A stretch of 64,000 nt of DNA from positions 23,994,001 to 24,058,000 of the forward strand of contig NC_086374.1 in assembly GCF_036588685.1 (NCBI RefSeq), in the 5' to 3' direction. This DNA comes from Mytilus trossulus (lineage: Eukaryota). Of this stretch, positions 13,178 through 26,042 are shown in pieces. Below the pieces are notes generated by a model. That model was not told the DNA's origin. It searched no databases and saw only the letters and a program-made list of their open reading frames with translations. The stretch's first letter is position 1, and every line of letters begins with the position of its first letter. Position numbers and translations under genes: made by a program.

Positions 13178-13300
13178 CACGCCCAGTGTTTACGGAAGTT
13201 CCAAAAATCCCGGCAAACCTCGTTTTCGTCAAGTTATAATACAAGTTATCTCCCTTAGACCGTCTCACTGTTTTGTGGATTAGTGGTCGATTCGCCACAA
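13178..13300 (-). promoter_or_regulatory. Candidate non-coding first exon/promoter of the ADF-H gene
   Basis: Locally CpG-richer DNA with an ETS-like CGGAAG at about 13193 and a minus-strand donor GTAAGT at 13172-13177. The acceptor at 2483 needs an upstream exon. Linking the two is inference. Confidence 0.35.
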
Positions 13301-14792
13301 ACCCGATCGTCCTTTCTAAAAGTATTAGAATGCAAACAGATATACTGGTATGTGTGACAAAAATAAAACAAAAACAAAACAACGAAAAAGTATCAATCAT
13401 AATATGAAATCTAAGATAAGATTTAATCGGACTGGAATGGATTGAGTGATTGTAAGTTGTATGTTCTATTTTTTTTGTGTTTTCCTGATAAATCCCCATA
13501 GGGAATATAGAGCATACATGTATAAGGAGGGGTTATTGATTAGTCATAGACACAATGAATTTAACTCTCACAATCGCAATACAATAAGACTGTAAAAAAG
13601 CCCTTGGAATATGATAAGGTTACATAAAAAAAATCTAACTCATTTTGACTTTGATAAATTTTCCAACAGCATTAAGGACCGGATTGTCCTCATAGCTTAA
13701 CAAATAAACGGATTATTGCTGTTTGTCCAGTATAGTTGTTTTTTGGCAAAGAAAGTCAAAGAGAGCATCTCTATTAGATTTTTTTTTACATATAGTTACA
13801 ATATACCTTTTTTTTTAAGATTCTTTCATTTTGTGGAATATTTGAAAAAAAGCCGGCCAATATCAATATGAACTTGAGCACATGAGCAGATCGATGTATA
13901 CGTAATTTGCAACTAGCTCTTCTAAAGTCAAAGTTCTTAACCAAAGAGAGATACTTTTCGTTACAAAAATTTTATTTAAATTTCAAATATTGAACAATTA
14001 TCCATTAGAAACATGTTTTTGAATAACATACCAGTTGGTTATATATTTATTGTGAATGGATTTGCTATATTTAAAAATCTATCTAAAACAGAATGTTTAC
14101 CTTCTTAATTATTATTTTTTTTAATCTAAATTTTTTGCCGTTTACAAGTTATATAAGATTTGTGAAGCTTTTGACTTCATTTATAATATAATCTGATTTA
14201 ATAATTCAAGGTCTTTTCTTGTCACCCATAACGTAATCATTTGGAATACGAAAGGTAACTGTAGTTAAGTTCCTCCTTTCTCATTGTTTTTTTCCATTTT
14301 TTGTTTGTTACGATACATGTATTTCATTTTGTATTATCATTAAATCATAGATGTTTTGTTATTGAAATTTTGTCTGTTCTAACAGAAACGTGTGTTTCTG
14401 GATGTAGGGTCTTCTATTTCAACAGAACTTGGATGCAGCAAGACCTTTTTATCTAACATTTTGTTTTTGGAATAATGCCATATTAAAGTCATATATAATT
14501 TCGGTAAGTGACTATCGACACCAGAAATAACAACATAGAAAATAGCTGAAAATTAATACTTAATTTCCAACGTTATTCAAAATGGCATTTCAACAAGCAA
14601 TGAGAATTCAGATGTGAAATGAAAAATATAGCTTAACCACAAGCTTCATAAAGTGGTTTGTAATCAACATATATAAATAATACACACAGTAGTAAGTATT
14701 TCTCAAAACCATGTAGTACCCCCAATAGTAACCTCTTAAGTTCCTTATTACATATACGCGTGTATGTTTTGATACTGAGTTATGTGAAGAAG

Positions 14793-17700
14793 ATGGCATC
14801 AGTTGATGAAAGTACAAGTAACAAGGTAAATAATTTCATGCAACCTTTGTGTAACGATTTTTTTCACTGATTGATTGCAAAATATTATTCAATAATTGAG
14901 GAGGCGATACATAATGGAGAAAAGACTAAATGTCCTTCCATTCGTTTCTCCTTTCTATTTATACATTAAAAAAGAAAAGGACACATATTCGGCTCGCTAC
15001 AGTTCTGTTATCGCTTGTCGGGTCTTGTTTGACTGACTGAGTACTTTAAACGACAGGGACAATAACATGAATAGTATTATTTTGATAACAAACATGTTTA
15101 TGTTCCGGACCATATGAGTATAAGTATTGATGCCACAGTCAGCTGATCTTAGTTTTCATCGCTATTTGTATTCGTGTATACTTTTGCATATTTCGAATGA
15201 CTTTCACACGGTACCATACATGTAGCTTTTCTGCGATTGCTTGTTTTGGCTGCGTGCAGTAATATCGATTGGGACAGTTCCGATGTGTCTACGGTGTTTT
15301 TAAGAAACTCTAGATCTCAAATATCGTAAATTAAATATTACAGATCAAATTAAATAAAGGCAGTGGCTATTTCATAGCTCTTAAATGCTATTTTACCGGT
15401 CTTATAATTAAGATTAAAATAGAAATATAGAAATAAAGAATAGAAAAAAATAAAGAAACATACACTTTTAATATTTTACTTATCAAAAATGTCTTAAAAA
15501 ATATCATGATCTTTAAATAAATATCATGATCCTTGTCGGTGATGTAATCTACTATAAACAACAAAATTCCTTTTACAATATGTTCATTTGATTTTGACAT
15601 CTTCTTATAATGATACTTACAAAAAGTAAGTAATATTAACAGTGTGAACCTGTTTTTTTTTAATAAGTTGTTTTAATATAATAAAATGACATTTTAGTGA
15701 CCAGAAGGGTCACACCAAATGAAGAGTTTAAAAGTATACGTGTTGATAACCCCGACCATACGCGTACGGTCCGACCATACGCGTATGGTCGGACCATATG
15801 AGTATATACCCATATAGTCATGACCATACGAGTATGGTCCAGATACGCATATGGTCCGGAACATTTATACCAAACTAGTTCAGCACATTCATCTGATTCC
15901 ATTTGACCAATATTGTGTTAACTGATTAACAAAAATGTAGCAAAAATGCTACAAAAGGGTCAAAATGTTTCTGTAATATGGAGTGAGGTGGCTGTTGTTT
16001 AAATTCATGTTTACCAAACCTACTGTAATGCTATTCTCTAACGTTTTGGCAGTTGCTCTTTTTCTGAAAGAAATACAAAATTGATGACATTTTTTTTAAT
16101 AAAGTTTTCCAAAATATAACATAAATTGAAATTCCATTTCTAAAACATATTGATTATAATTTAATGTTTTAGTTATAGTTGAATTCACTTAACCGATGTA
16201 AACTATGCACTTTCTCCCAAAATAGCGTGTTTACAATATTACAAAGAGTCTTGGAAATATACCAAGTTCGAATTGCTTTTTGAGTGATCTTCTCTTGTTC
16301 ATTGCATAACACATTGTTCTCCTCTTTTTTTTCCGAAGTACAGAGTTGAAAAAGTTCCGGAGGTCTAAAATTCTAATTTCTTTCCTTTTTTGTTACAATT
16401 GTTCTAATATGATACGCATATGTTGTTTGCAATAATAAAGTATAACCTACGGTTGAATTTCTTGAAAAGCTTATTTTGTTCAAGTGGTATTTCTTCTTGG
16501 AAATTAGGAGACCAGGATAGCGGCAGAGCACAGACACTTTTCTCAGAATTTTTTTTTTTTGCCTTAATATGTTATACTAAGAAGGTTGTCCTATATGAAC
16601 TATTAACTTGCTTAGCACTTTCAGAAGTAATTATTTTCATTATGATATAAACTTATATATTTTTTATTTAGGACGAGGGAGAATTAAATACTAAAGATGA
16701 CTTAGAAGAAGATAAGCAAACGTCATGGTCCTTAGAACAAAAACAAAGATTACTAGCAGATGCCATCAGTATGAAATCGCCCATTGATGATATCAAATCA
16801 ATTCTAAAATGCGGTGCTGATATCAATGGACCCGTTAAAAAGGGATTACGTCCCCTTCATTATGCCGCTTACGTGGATTATGTCGAATGTGTCAATTTTC
16901 TCATTGACGAAGGTGCGGATGTGAATACTTCTGATGAAATCGGATATACACCACTCCATTTGTGTGCCCGGAAAGGTGTGTATGGTTCAATGAAGGCGCT
17001 TATCGAAAAGGGTGCGTTGGTAAATTATTGTGATGCTGATGAAAATGAACTAGCGGAGAATGTCAGAGCAATCGGTTATCTGACGATGGAACCATTAAAC
17101 TTAGCCATTGAAAACAACAATGTCGATTGTGTTAGACTTTTGTTAAAAAGCGGGGCACGCCCAAATCACCAGTATTTCATTGGATGCCAGTTAAATGTCA
17201 TGAATCTTGAGAATTTGGAGTGTTTGGAAATTTTATTAGAAAATGGTGCCGACCCGAATTCGTTCAATAGATGTGGCATTGCTCCATTAATGAAAGCTTG
17301 TCGAGAACATAATATTGAAGCAGTAAGAATATTGATTAAACATGGCGCGGATATAAATGCGCAATGTCCGTCAAGATTTGACCAGAAATTTCCGATACAT
17401 TTTTCAATAGAAAGTGGCAATATTGCTATAACGGAACTTCTCATCGAAGAGGGAGCACAATTAACCAGATCAGAAAACTATAGATATAGCCCGCTGCACG
17501 CGGCTATTCTAAAAGGCCGCTCGGATATCGTCTATTTCCTGCTTCTACATAATGCAGTTGTTGATGAAACAACAGACGATGGTTGTACTCCACTTATGCT
17601 TGCTGCAGGAACTCCAGAACTGAAAGAACGTAAAGAAATCATCAAGATACTGCTTGAACATGGTGCAAATGTAAACGCAAGTGCTCAGTACATTAGTTAC

Positions 17701-18126
17701 ATGCATCCTTGTATGTCACCCATTGTCGAATACTTAAAATGTTCTCCTTACAACGCAGAAAAGGACATTTTATTATTGCTGCTCAAGTATGGAGCAAAAG
17801 TCAATATTCGTCTGGATGTATTAAGGTATCGCAGACAGGATCCATTCGGAATACTCAACTATTTAGGTAACTGTTCAGACAAAGAAATGATGGATATACT
17901 GGTATATGCTGCTCAGGTTATACATAAAGAACATATACAAAAAAATGATATTCTGAGTCCAGTGGAGCGTCGTTACCTTCTTAAACATGCTAACACACCA
18001 AGACCTCTGAAGCATACAATACGATTGTTAGTTCGAGATCTCTTAGACGATAAAGTACTAGACCGTGTGGATCAGCTGCCGCTTCCGAGTTTCATTAAGA
18101 AATATTTGCTATATGAAGTAAATTAG
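14793..18126 (+). CDS. Ankyrin repeat and SOCS box protein (ASB-like), paralog A, about 495 aa (exons 14793-14825 and 16672-18126)
   Basis: Multiple ankyrin repeats (GLRPLHYAA, GYTPLHLCA, GIAPLMKAC, YSPLHAAI, GCTPLMLAA) and a C-terminal SOCS box PRPLKHTIR...LPLPSFIKKYL. The short exon MASVDESTSNK (donor gtaaat) joins in frame at acceptor 16670-16671; this first exon is less certain than the main exon. Confidence 0.9.
15094..15870. mobile_element. MITE in ASB-A intron 1 with CCATACGCGTATGG-type palindromic subterminal repeats
   Basis: Inverted ends ATGTTCCGGACCATATG (about 15100) and CATATGGTCCGGAACAT (15848-15864). Possible 5-bp TSD CAAAC. Confidence 0.55.
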
Positions 18127-18433
18127 AAAAAAATGATTGAAGGATCTCAAAACTACTACATCAGTAGAATATTTGTGTTTCGCTTGTTTTTCGTTTGATA
18201 ACAAATACAATAATTTTTAAGACAAGAGGATTTTGACAGCTATCGAGGTCCAAACTATACCGCCCCCGCGATATAGTCAAGGCTGTAAGCCGCTATATTT
18301 ATCAATTAATTAAGCAACCTAACTTTACTTCAGTCAATTAAAATGACTAAGGGGTGCAGGATTTACAGTTCTCTAAAAGTTTGCTACTGCCAAGTTCAAG
18401 TGTTGTATACATAATGTGATAAATTTTGCCATT

Positions 18434-18710
18434 GGTATGAGTGCCAATAAGACAACTCTCCATCCAAATAACAATTTATTAAAGTAAACAATTATAGGTC
18501 AAGGAATGGCCTTCAATACGGAGCCTTGGCTCACACCGAACAACAAGATATAAAGAGCCCCAAAATTACAAGTGAAACCATTCAAACGAGAAAACCAACG
18601 GTCTAAACTATATAAAAAAAGCGAAACGAGAAACATGTATAAATAACAAACAAACGACAACTACTGTACATCAGATTCCTGACTTAGAACAGTCAGGTGC
18701 AAACATTTAC
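18434..18710. repeat. Abundant dispersed repeat family (GTGGTATGAGTGCCAATGAGACAACTCTCC...)
   Basis: Related copies or fragments at about 4392, 18985, 34665, 42220, 44660, 58079 and 60720, and inverted at about 63230-63475. Confidence 0.75.
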
Positions 18711-18858
18711 AACAGTACATATAACGCTTAAGCTACAGACTGAGCAGTATGAAGCACGCACAAAATACTGGAATTAAGTGTCAGGAGTGTTTAGTGGGAC
18801 TTTTTCTCTAAAATTTGCGTTTTCTGTGAAAAAAGATTATTTCAAAGACAGATTTTTT

Positions 18859-18893
<35 letters not shown>

Positions 18894-19557
18894 TTCTCTT
18901 CCTTTAGAAGTAAACATATATTACCAAGTGGTGTTTTGTTCAGTAGATTTTTGAAGCTATGCCATAAACTGGTACAGTAAACAGTAACACGGAGCCTTGA
19001 TTCACACAGAACAGCAAGATATAAAGTGCCCAAAATAATAACTAGTGTAGAACCATTCAAACGGGAAAACAGTCTAATCTATACAAAAAACGATTCAAGC
19101 TCATAAGTTGAAATTAAACCAACAACACCATGGTAAAAAAAAAGAAAAACACCAACAGACAAACAATAGTACACAAAACACAACCTTGGATACCCGTGAC
19201 TTCAATTTCCTGACTTGAACCGGCTGCTATTTTATGATCTTTTATCTGTATGTCTCTAAGAAACATTAGAGGAACTTCAAAAAGAGTTCAGATCGGTTGC
19301 ATCAACAGCATTCATCAAGTGCCATGCGAATCAACATTATCAAGATGTCATAAACAGAAATGATATACAAATATAACATGCATGTGCCAATTTGGCTTGT
19401 TCAAGTTGATAGTATTAGGTATGTATTAACTTGAAGCATTTATCGTATTAACATCTCGAAACAAAACCTGTTCATTGTGATGGTTAAGAAGGTTACCTTG
19501 GCTAGGCTGAAGGACAAACCGACGAACATTAGCCAAGTTACATTTACAAGTTCTATA

Positions 19558-20926
19558 TACGGGGCGCCGAATGGGACTCTTGTGGTTTTGTACAAAATTC
19601 AATTCTGTCATAACAAAATCATTTTTGTCTTACAAAACTATGTGCTACAGACTTGTTTTGTGAGAACTTCAATTTTGTGATGACAAAATTCATTTGTGTA
19701 GACAAAATTCATTTTTGTCATGACAAAATTCATTTTTGTAGACAAAATTCATATTTGTCGTGACAAAAGTCAATTTTGTCTTAAAGGTATGCAAATATAA
19801 ACATATTTGCATACAAAATTGACTTTTGTTACCTGATATGGAAATTAAATCACAAAAGTCAATTGTGTACGGTAAGATTCAATTTTGTGAGACAAAATTG
19901 ACTTTTGTGAAACAAAATTAACTTTTGTGAGACAAAATTGGCTTTTGTGAGACAAAATTGACCTTTGTGAGACAAAATTGACTTTTGTGAGACAAAAGTC
20001 AATTTTGTTAATTTTGTTGAGACAAAAGTCAATTTTGTAAATTTTGTTGAGACAAAAGTCAATTTTGTTAATTTTGTTGAGACAAAAGTCAATTTTGTCA
20101 ATTTTGTTGAGACAAAAGTCAATTTTGTCAATTTTGTTGAGACAAAAGTCAATTTTGTGACGACAAAATTCATTTTTGTGATGACAAAATTGACTTTCGT
20201 GAGACAAAATTGACTTTCGTGAGACAAAAATAAATTTTGTTGAGACAAAATTCAATTTTGTTAATTTTGTTGAGACAAAATTCAATTTTGTCAATTTTGT
20301 TCAGACAAAATTCAATTTTGTCAATTTTGTTGAGACAAAATTCAAGTTTGTTAATTTTGTTGAGACAAAATTCAATTTTGTCAATTTTGTTGAGACAAAA
20401 TTCAATTTTGTCAATTTTGTTGAGACAAAAGTAAATTTTGTCAATTTTGTGTAACAAAAGTCAATTTTGTGTAACAAAAGTCAATTTTGTGTAACAAAAG
20501 TCAATTTTGTGTAACAAAAGTCAATTTTGTGTAACAAAAGTCAATTTTGTGTAACAAAAGTCAATTTTGTGTAACAAAAGTAATTTTTGTGTAACAAAAG
20601 TCAATTTTGTGTAACAAAAGTCGATTTTGTATGCAGATTAGTTCAAAGAAACCAAATTAAACTAATTTAAATACAAAATTGACTTTTGTCGCTCAATTTT
20701 CAAATTAGGTAACAAAAGTCAAGTCTGTGTAACAAAAATGAATTTTGTCATGACAAAAGTGACTTTTGTCCAGTGATAGATAATTTTGTATGACAAAATT
20801 TCAAATATGTAGTATGATACAAATTTTGTTAAACTGAACTCATTTTTGTTGAACAAAAGTCACTTTTGTCCGTACAAAATTGAATTTTGAGTACAAAACC
20901 ACAAGAGTCCCATTCGGCGCCCCGTA
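19558..20926. mobile_element. Fold-back DNA element with 36-bp perfect TIRs, 5-bp TSD CTATA and an internal ACAAAA/TTTTGT minisatellite
   Basis: TACGGGGCGCCGAATGGGACTCTTGTGGTTTTGTAC at 19558 and its reverse complement ending at 20926. CTATA is at 19553-19557 and 20927-20931. Confidence 0.85.
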
Positions 20927-22020
20927 CTATAAGGAGTAACTATAGTAGCATACATAGTCATTCAACTGTTGTATGAACATCTGTTTTAATCATTATTGAA
21001 TTTGGAAGTTAAATTTATAAACAATAAGAAGCTGAAAAATAATGAATGGTAATTTCTTTGAAAACCTCTAGAACCGTGTGAATGTGGAAAGATACATACG
21101 AAATTTTCACGAGAACAAAACACACCATCGCATTTATTTCACAGTTTTGTCTTTTTATGACATATGGGGATTCCAAACGTGTATAGCGTACTACAATAAC
21201 AATCTAATATTAAATTAATATCTCTGAGTTCGTTATCATATGTTGTATAACGAAATAAGAGATCTATATTTTAATTAGTTTGCATAACTTGATAAACTAA
21301 ACATTTGGCGAGACAATATACATTTTACCGTGGTTGTGAAAATGGTTACATATGAACATTATACATTTTTTCAGGTTTTTGTCAATGCTACCGATGGGCT
21401 TGCCATGGATACAAAATTTTATGATTTTAACTCAACTAGTTTCGTAAATACAGCATCTTCTAATCGGCATACATTGGCAAACATAATATATGGGCAGAAA
21501 ATATGGAATTCAAACAAAATTCTGAATAATCATTTTCCTTTCTAATTAGAATTTTTACATGAGTATTGGCATTGAATACTCCAGATCTTGATGACAAAAG
21601 TTTTTGTTTATTTTTGGGTGGAATATATATGTGGTTTCAATGGAAACAAAACAATAAATATTCTAAAACGGTGATATTTTTGGTCTTCTCCAAATGTCTT
21701 GAATTTTACATATATATGTTCTGTGTTGTTTCTGGTGGTAATGTACTGTCTTCATGTAATTGTCATTAAATCTGTATTTTGTTTACATTGTTACTTTGAG
21801 ATTAAGTGTTCTGTTTTTGTAATGTAACTTAAGTTGGACCCTCTTTCCCACCTGGGACAGTGGTGTAACAATCCATCAAATGAACACACTACAAAAATCC
21901 GTAGAAATAGTCTTAACTTAAAAGATCTGTAGGAGGCATACAAACCACTAACATACAAAAAGAAGACAAACGAGTCAAAAGTCAAGTACCTGTATATATT
22001 TAATTGTGTTTTTAACTTAA

Positions 22021-22699
22021 AGGGGCACTAGCTGTAAAATTCATGGTCACCGATTTGACTCAAATTCTCATATTTGATATAGAACAATGTAAAACATTTA
22101 TCCAAACTACCAAAAGTCCAAAAGAAACAGTTTACAGAGCATGGGGTAGAGGAAATGTAGGTTCGTTTCGTGTGAATTTTAGTCCATCTAATTAGCTATT
22201 GATTTGACCTCAGATGACTATATAAGCGATGTAGACATAAATAAAGATATGAATAGATTAAACCAACACGTGCAGTTGGATTTGTATAGGTCTGTTTAAT
22301 TTTATTTTATAGATTAAACATAGATGTTTCTCATTGTTTTTAACCTTCTAAGAACGATTTTATATGGATCGAATAAGTAATCAAATGGTCTACTGTAGTT
22401 TCAATTTCATTGTTGACATTCTTTTTCTTTAAAAATAACCAGTACACGTACAATGCATGCTTTGTCAATCTCTAGCTAGAGGTTAAACTGAAGTTCACAT
22501 GAATACGGATTTAATGAGGTCGACTGATTCACTTTCAAGTGAATAAGAAAATATCAATGTTTCTTCGCTTAATTTGACAAAATTGAACTATTTTTGCTGC
22601 AAAAAGCGAATAATTATTTCACTATTTCACTTTCATTATTGATTTAACAAAAAAAATCTTACTTTATATTTTTTAATATATCTCGTAGCTAGTACCCCT
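22021..22699. mobile_element. Non-autonomous TIR element at a TTAA site (Kolobok/piggyBac-type target); second, 3'-decayed copy at about 55671-56320
   Basis: TTAA|AGGGGCACTAGCT ... AGCTAGTACCCCT|TTTA. The interior aligns by eye with 55671-56320 (CACCGATTTGACTCAAATT, TCACATGAATACGGATT). Confidence 0.65.
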
Positions 22700-22717
22700 T
22701 TTACTTTTACTTCTAGA

Positions 22718-23629
22718 CTGAGTTAAAGAGACAACTTATAAGTTGAGTTAAAGAGACAATTTATAGGTTGAGTTAAAGAGACAATTTATAGGTTGAGTTA
22801 AAGAGACAATTTATAGTTTGAGATAAAAGGACAATTTATAGGTTGAGATAAAAGGACAATTTATAGGTTGAGATAAAAGGACAATTTATAGGTTGAGTTA
22901 AAAGGACAATTTATAGGTAGAGTTATAAGGTCAAATTTATAGGTTGAGATAAAAGGACAATTTATAGGTTGAGATAAAAGGACAATTTATAGGTTGAGTT
23001 AAAAGGACAATTTATAGGTTGAGTTATAAGGTCAAATTTATAGGTTGAGATAAAAGGACAATTTATAGGTTGAGATAAAAGGACAATTTATAGGTTGAGT
23101 TAAAAGGACAATTTATAGGTTGAGTTATAAGGTCAAATTTATAGGTTGAGATAAAAGGACAATTTATAGGTTAAGACAAAAGGACAATTTATAGGTTGAG
23201 ATAAAAGGACAATTTATGGGTTGAGTTCAAAGGACAATTTATAGGTTGAGTTATAAGGACAATTTATAGGTTGAGTTATAAGGACAATTTATAGGTTGAG
23301 TTATAAGGACAATTTATAGGTTGAGATAAAAGGACATTTTATAGGTTGAGTTATAAGGACAATTTATAGGTTGAGTTATAAGGACAATTTATAGGTTGAG
23401 TTATAAGGACAATTTATAGGTTGAGTTATAAGGACAATTTATAGGTTGAGTTATGAGGACAATTTATAGGTTGAGTTATAAGGACAATTTATAGGTTGAG
23501 TTGTAAGGACAATTTATAGGTTGAGTTATAAGGACAATTTATAGGTTGAGTTATAAGGACAATTTATAGGTTGAGTTATAAGGACAATTTATAGGTTGAG
23601 TTATAAGGACAATTTATAGGTTGAGTTAA
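22718..23629. repeat. Tandem minisatellite, 25-bp unit GAGTTATAAGGACAATTTATAGGTT, about 36 copies
   Basis: Directly visible; variant units are arranged in blocks. Confidence 0.95.
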
Positions 23630-25857
23630 ACAACAGGAAATTTTTAGACTTTTAATACAAAGCGACTTCATAAATGTGTACATTGTATAAGGACATGTAG
23701 ATGCTGATATGATATGCATATCTAGATGCTAGTCCTTAGTATATTATGTATATTCCTACAGTCCTACTATAAAATTATTGTGCAGTTTTCAGATTAGTGT
23801 TGTCGGTATAAACTGCCTGTTAATCAAATTCATAGATGTTGTAAATTTAATTTTAAACATGCTGTTAAACATCTAGTGGAGATATATGTGGAATATATTA
23901 TTTGGTTTATCAATTTCAGTGAAAACTACCTATTATAAAACATTCTTTTTCATATGCTAATTCTAAACTACAAATTTGTGCTTGCGTCATAAAAAGTCAA
24001 TATGAACATGATATAACGTCATTATACAGTGTTGTAAATAAAAGTGCAACTCAATGTATAAATGATTCAGAGTCAATAACATTTTATAAATAAAAACATG
24101 TACATGCATTGCATATAAAATTATAATAATAATACAATAATAATTTTTTAACATCTCACAGTACTATGGAAAAAAGGTACTTTTTGAAAACATGTAATAT
24201 ACTTAAGTTAATCAGTTAATGCATGTGCGATGGATACTACCTAAATATATCAAGATACATATATGTAAGTTGTTAGTCACATTATTCATTTATTCTAGCT
24301 GATGAGAGGGGTACACAGACAATTATATATACATGTATATAAAAAAAAAAATTGCTAATTTGCCAACGCCGGCATAAAAAAAAAATTTGCTATTTTGCCG
24401 GCTTTGAGTAAAATTATATTACACAGGAATTTATTTGCAAGATAATTACTAAATATAAAACTCAACATTTATAAATTTAAACATTTGTTATTGTTACTTT
24501 AATAAACGCTTCAACTTTAGCCTATCAAATTGAAAAAAGTGTATGTTTATCAATATATATATAGACTTTATTCAAAGAGTTAACTTTCATAATTAATCTT
24601 CAATAAAAATTCATTTGTAGCATTTTATAGTGCAAGGAAAGCCATGTACTATGAAAAATAGGACTCGGGCAAAAAACTGATTTTTCATTGGACGAGAATA
24701 GGCGAGTATGTTCTAAATATTGATATATAACACTCCTTAAGGAAAAAAAACCATGATGTTTATGTATATCTTATGGCAATTCTATTAAAATTTCGAAAAA
24801 TAAAACAAACCAAAAGAACTTAAAAAGGGTGAGTACTTTAAACCTAAATAGTTGTTAAGTATATAGTATAGTGTGATAATGGATGATACAACTCCTGAAA
24901 TTAAGTTAAGCTAAATGCACAGTTTTATCCCTACAATGAGTTTGCAATGGTTATAAAATTATGAAAAGGAACATTTTGTTCAGCTGTGTAAAAGGGATGC
25001 ACGTACAATCAAAACCATGGAATGTCGAGCTCAAAACAGAGAGTTCAAAAAAAGAATTAGTATATGGGCACTTGAAGTTATACAAGTTATAATTACTGAA
25101 AAAGACATGTATGAAACAAAGGTTTTAGGGAAAGCTTTACTTTCAGCAAAGCTGCAGTTGTGACTGTTTCATGTTTTAAGGATTTTTAGACGAAATGTTT
25201 CAATCGAAAAATTGTGGATAACAGCTTGTGAGAAATTGCAAGCATTATAGAAATTATACAGAAATGGTCCACACGTAATTAGAGTATGAATATTTAACTT
25301 ACAAAGAACTGTGAGAAGAATCATCAAACTCAGTAATATCATACTACGACAGAAATTGGCACACAATCAGACATGAATGGGTTGATGGGCTAAAAGATGG
25401 TATTACTCTTTGGAATCGCACAAACAACAGGATTGAAAGAATAAAAATAAAATCTGTTCTCCATCACTACTTCATATTACCAGATTTTGCAAGAGACGCA
25501 AAAACTGTTACAATGAATCACAAGTCTTGCATCCGAAGCTACTGGTAATGAATATAAGCAGAGATTCGATATTATTTATGAATAAAATTCTTGAGAACCA
25601 GTTTCGCAAGATGGAGAACGAGATATAGCTCAACAAGAAGACACTTCTGTATTACAAAATAAATAAAATTGGTGTTTTTACTGTCTTCTGATTGGTTAAA
25701 ATTATAAGTTTTATTTTCAATGTTGTCAATTTTGATGGCGACACGCCCACTCTGACGTTTTGTATTCATACGCCAACATGTGTGTACGTTGTTATTGTTA
25801 ATATAAAAACAATATAAAAAGTACTTTGAGTCTTATTTTTGATAGAAATTTATTTAT

Positions 25858-26042
25858 AATGAATGGCAATAATATATTTTGATTTTATTGAACCATAAAA
25901 CTAATTTTTGACTCTTCACATTTTACATAATCCGCTTCGCGGATTATTCAATGTGAAGAGTCAAAAATTAGTTTTATGGGGTGAAGAGTCAAAAATTAGT
26001 TTTATGGTTCAATAAATTCAAAATAGATTATAGCCATTCATT
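25858..26042. repeat. Long imperfect palindrome (~75-bp arms) with a GC-TTC-GC apex
   Basis: AATGAATGGC...CTCTTCACATT..ATAATCCGC-TTC-GCGGATTAT..AATGTGAAGAG...GCCATTCATT. A 27-nt segment is duplicated in the right arm. Confidence 0.8.

Noticed and set aside
17166-17444. Antisense ORFs within the ASB genes, also at 30722-31193
   Set aside because: They are shadows of the sense coding exons with no recognisable motifs.
19845-20457. Repetitive ORFs (KIDFCLN / TKLTFVS)
   Set aside because: They are translations of the minisatellite inside the fold-back element.
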